Position numbers and translations under genes: made by a program | In this document: piece by piece, positions 63,700 to 64,000 of the stretch | How positions within the stretch are numbered: position 1 is the stretch's first letter | Layout: each line of letters starts with the position of its first letter | Notes under the pieces: generated by a model | What the model was told of the DNA's origin: nothing | What the model saw: the letters and a program-made list of their open reading frames with translations, nothing else | Database searches by the model: none | Source of the DNA: Felis catus | Lineage: Eukaryota | NCBI RefSeq assembly: GCF_018350175.1 | Contig: NC_058368.1 | Span: forward strand, 37,574,001-37,638,000 | Direction of reading: 5' to 3' | Length of the DNA: 64,000 bases

Positions 63700-64000
63700 G
63701 ATGATGATTCCAGTATAGTTAACGTACAGTGTTATATGTATATATATATGTATACATGTAATATATACAGTATATATAATGTATATTTTTGTATATATAA
63801 TGTATATATGTAATGTATATATAATGTATTATATACAAAATATATAAGTATATATAATATATATTAATATATTATATAATATTAATATATATTGTATATA
63901 TAATAACATATATATATAATGATTCACCAATTCTAGACATTATTTAGTGCTCATCACAATAAGTGTACCCTTAATCCCCTTCACTATTTCATCCATCCCT
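63700..64000 (-). mobile_element. Carnivore L1 3' end (same family as 23538) with internal (TA)n expansion 63733-63920; runs off the window
   Basis: attccagtatagttaacgtacagtgttata ... gattcaccaattct..agtgctcatcacaataagtgtacccttaatccccttcac. Confidence 0.85.

Noticed and set aside
1..64000. A novel gene system, CRISPR-like array or host protein-coding gene
   Set aside because: No regularly spaced repeat-spacer array and no ORF with recognisable non-TE protein features. The recurring ~200-bp repeats are dispersed Can-SINEs.

Overview
Felid (cat-family) non-coding genomic DNA, identified by many Can-SINE/SINEC_Fc-type insertions and a feline-type L1 3' end. The window is AT-rich and repeat-dense, either intergenic or deep intronic. 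I found no credible host protein-coding exon: the listed ORFs come from SINEs, L1/ERV remnants, microsatellites or chance. Main contents: about 28 Can-SINEs (five young, near-identical copies with TSDs); a decayed but two-LTR ERV-L provirus (27310-33260; pro/RT/RNaseH/IN/dUTPase remnants) nested in an old L1; MaLR remnants; two solo LTRs with exact TSDs; L1/L2/MIR fragments; MER DNA transposons; and a 3'-truncated 'tailless' 5S rRNA retropseudogene. I see no evidence for a new biological system. The most notable observations are insertion and repair scars: the 5S tailless copy, a 26-nt templated insertion copied from the ERV-L 1.26 kb away, a 3'-shortened young L1, and a reused SINE target site. 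Repeat subfamily names are from memory of consensus sequences and need RepeatMasker/Dfam confirmation. Boundaries of old repeats are approximate.
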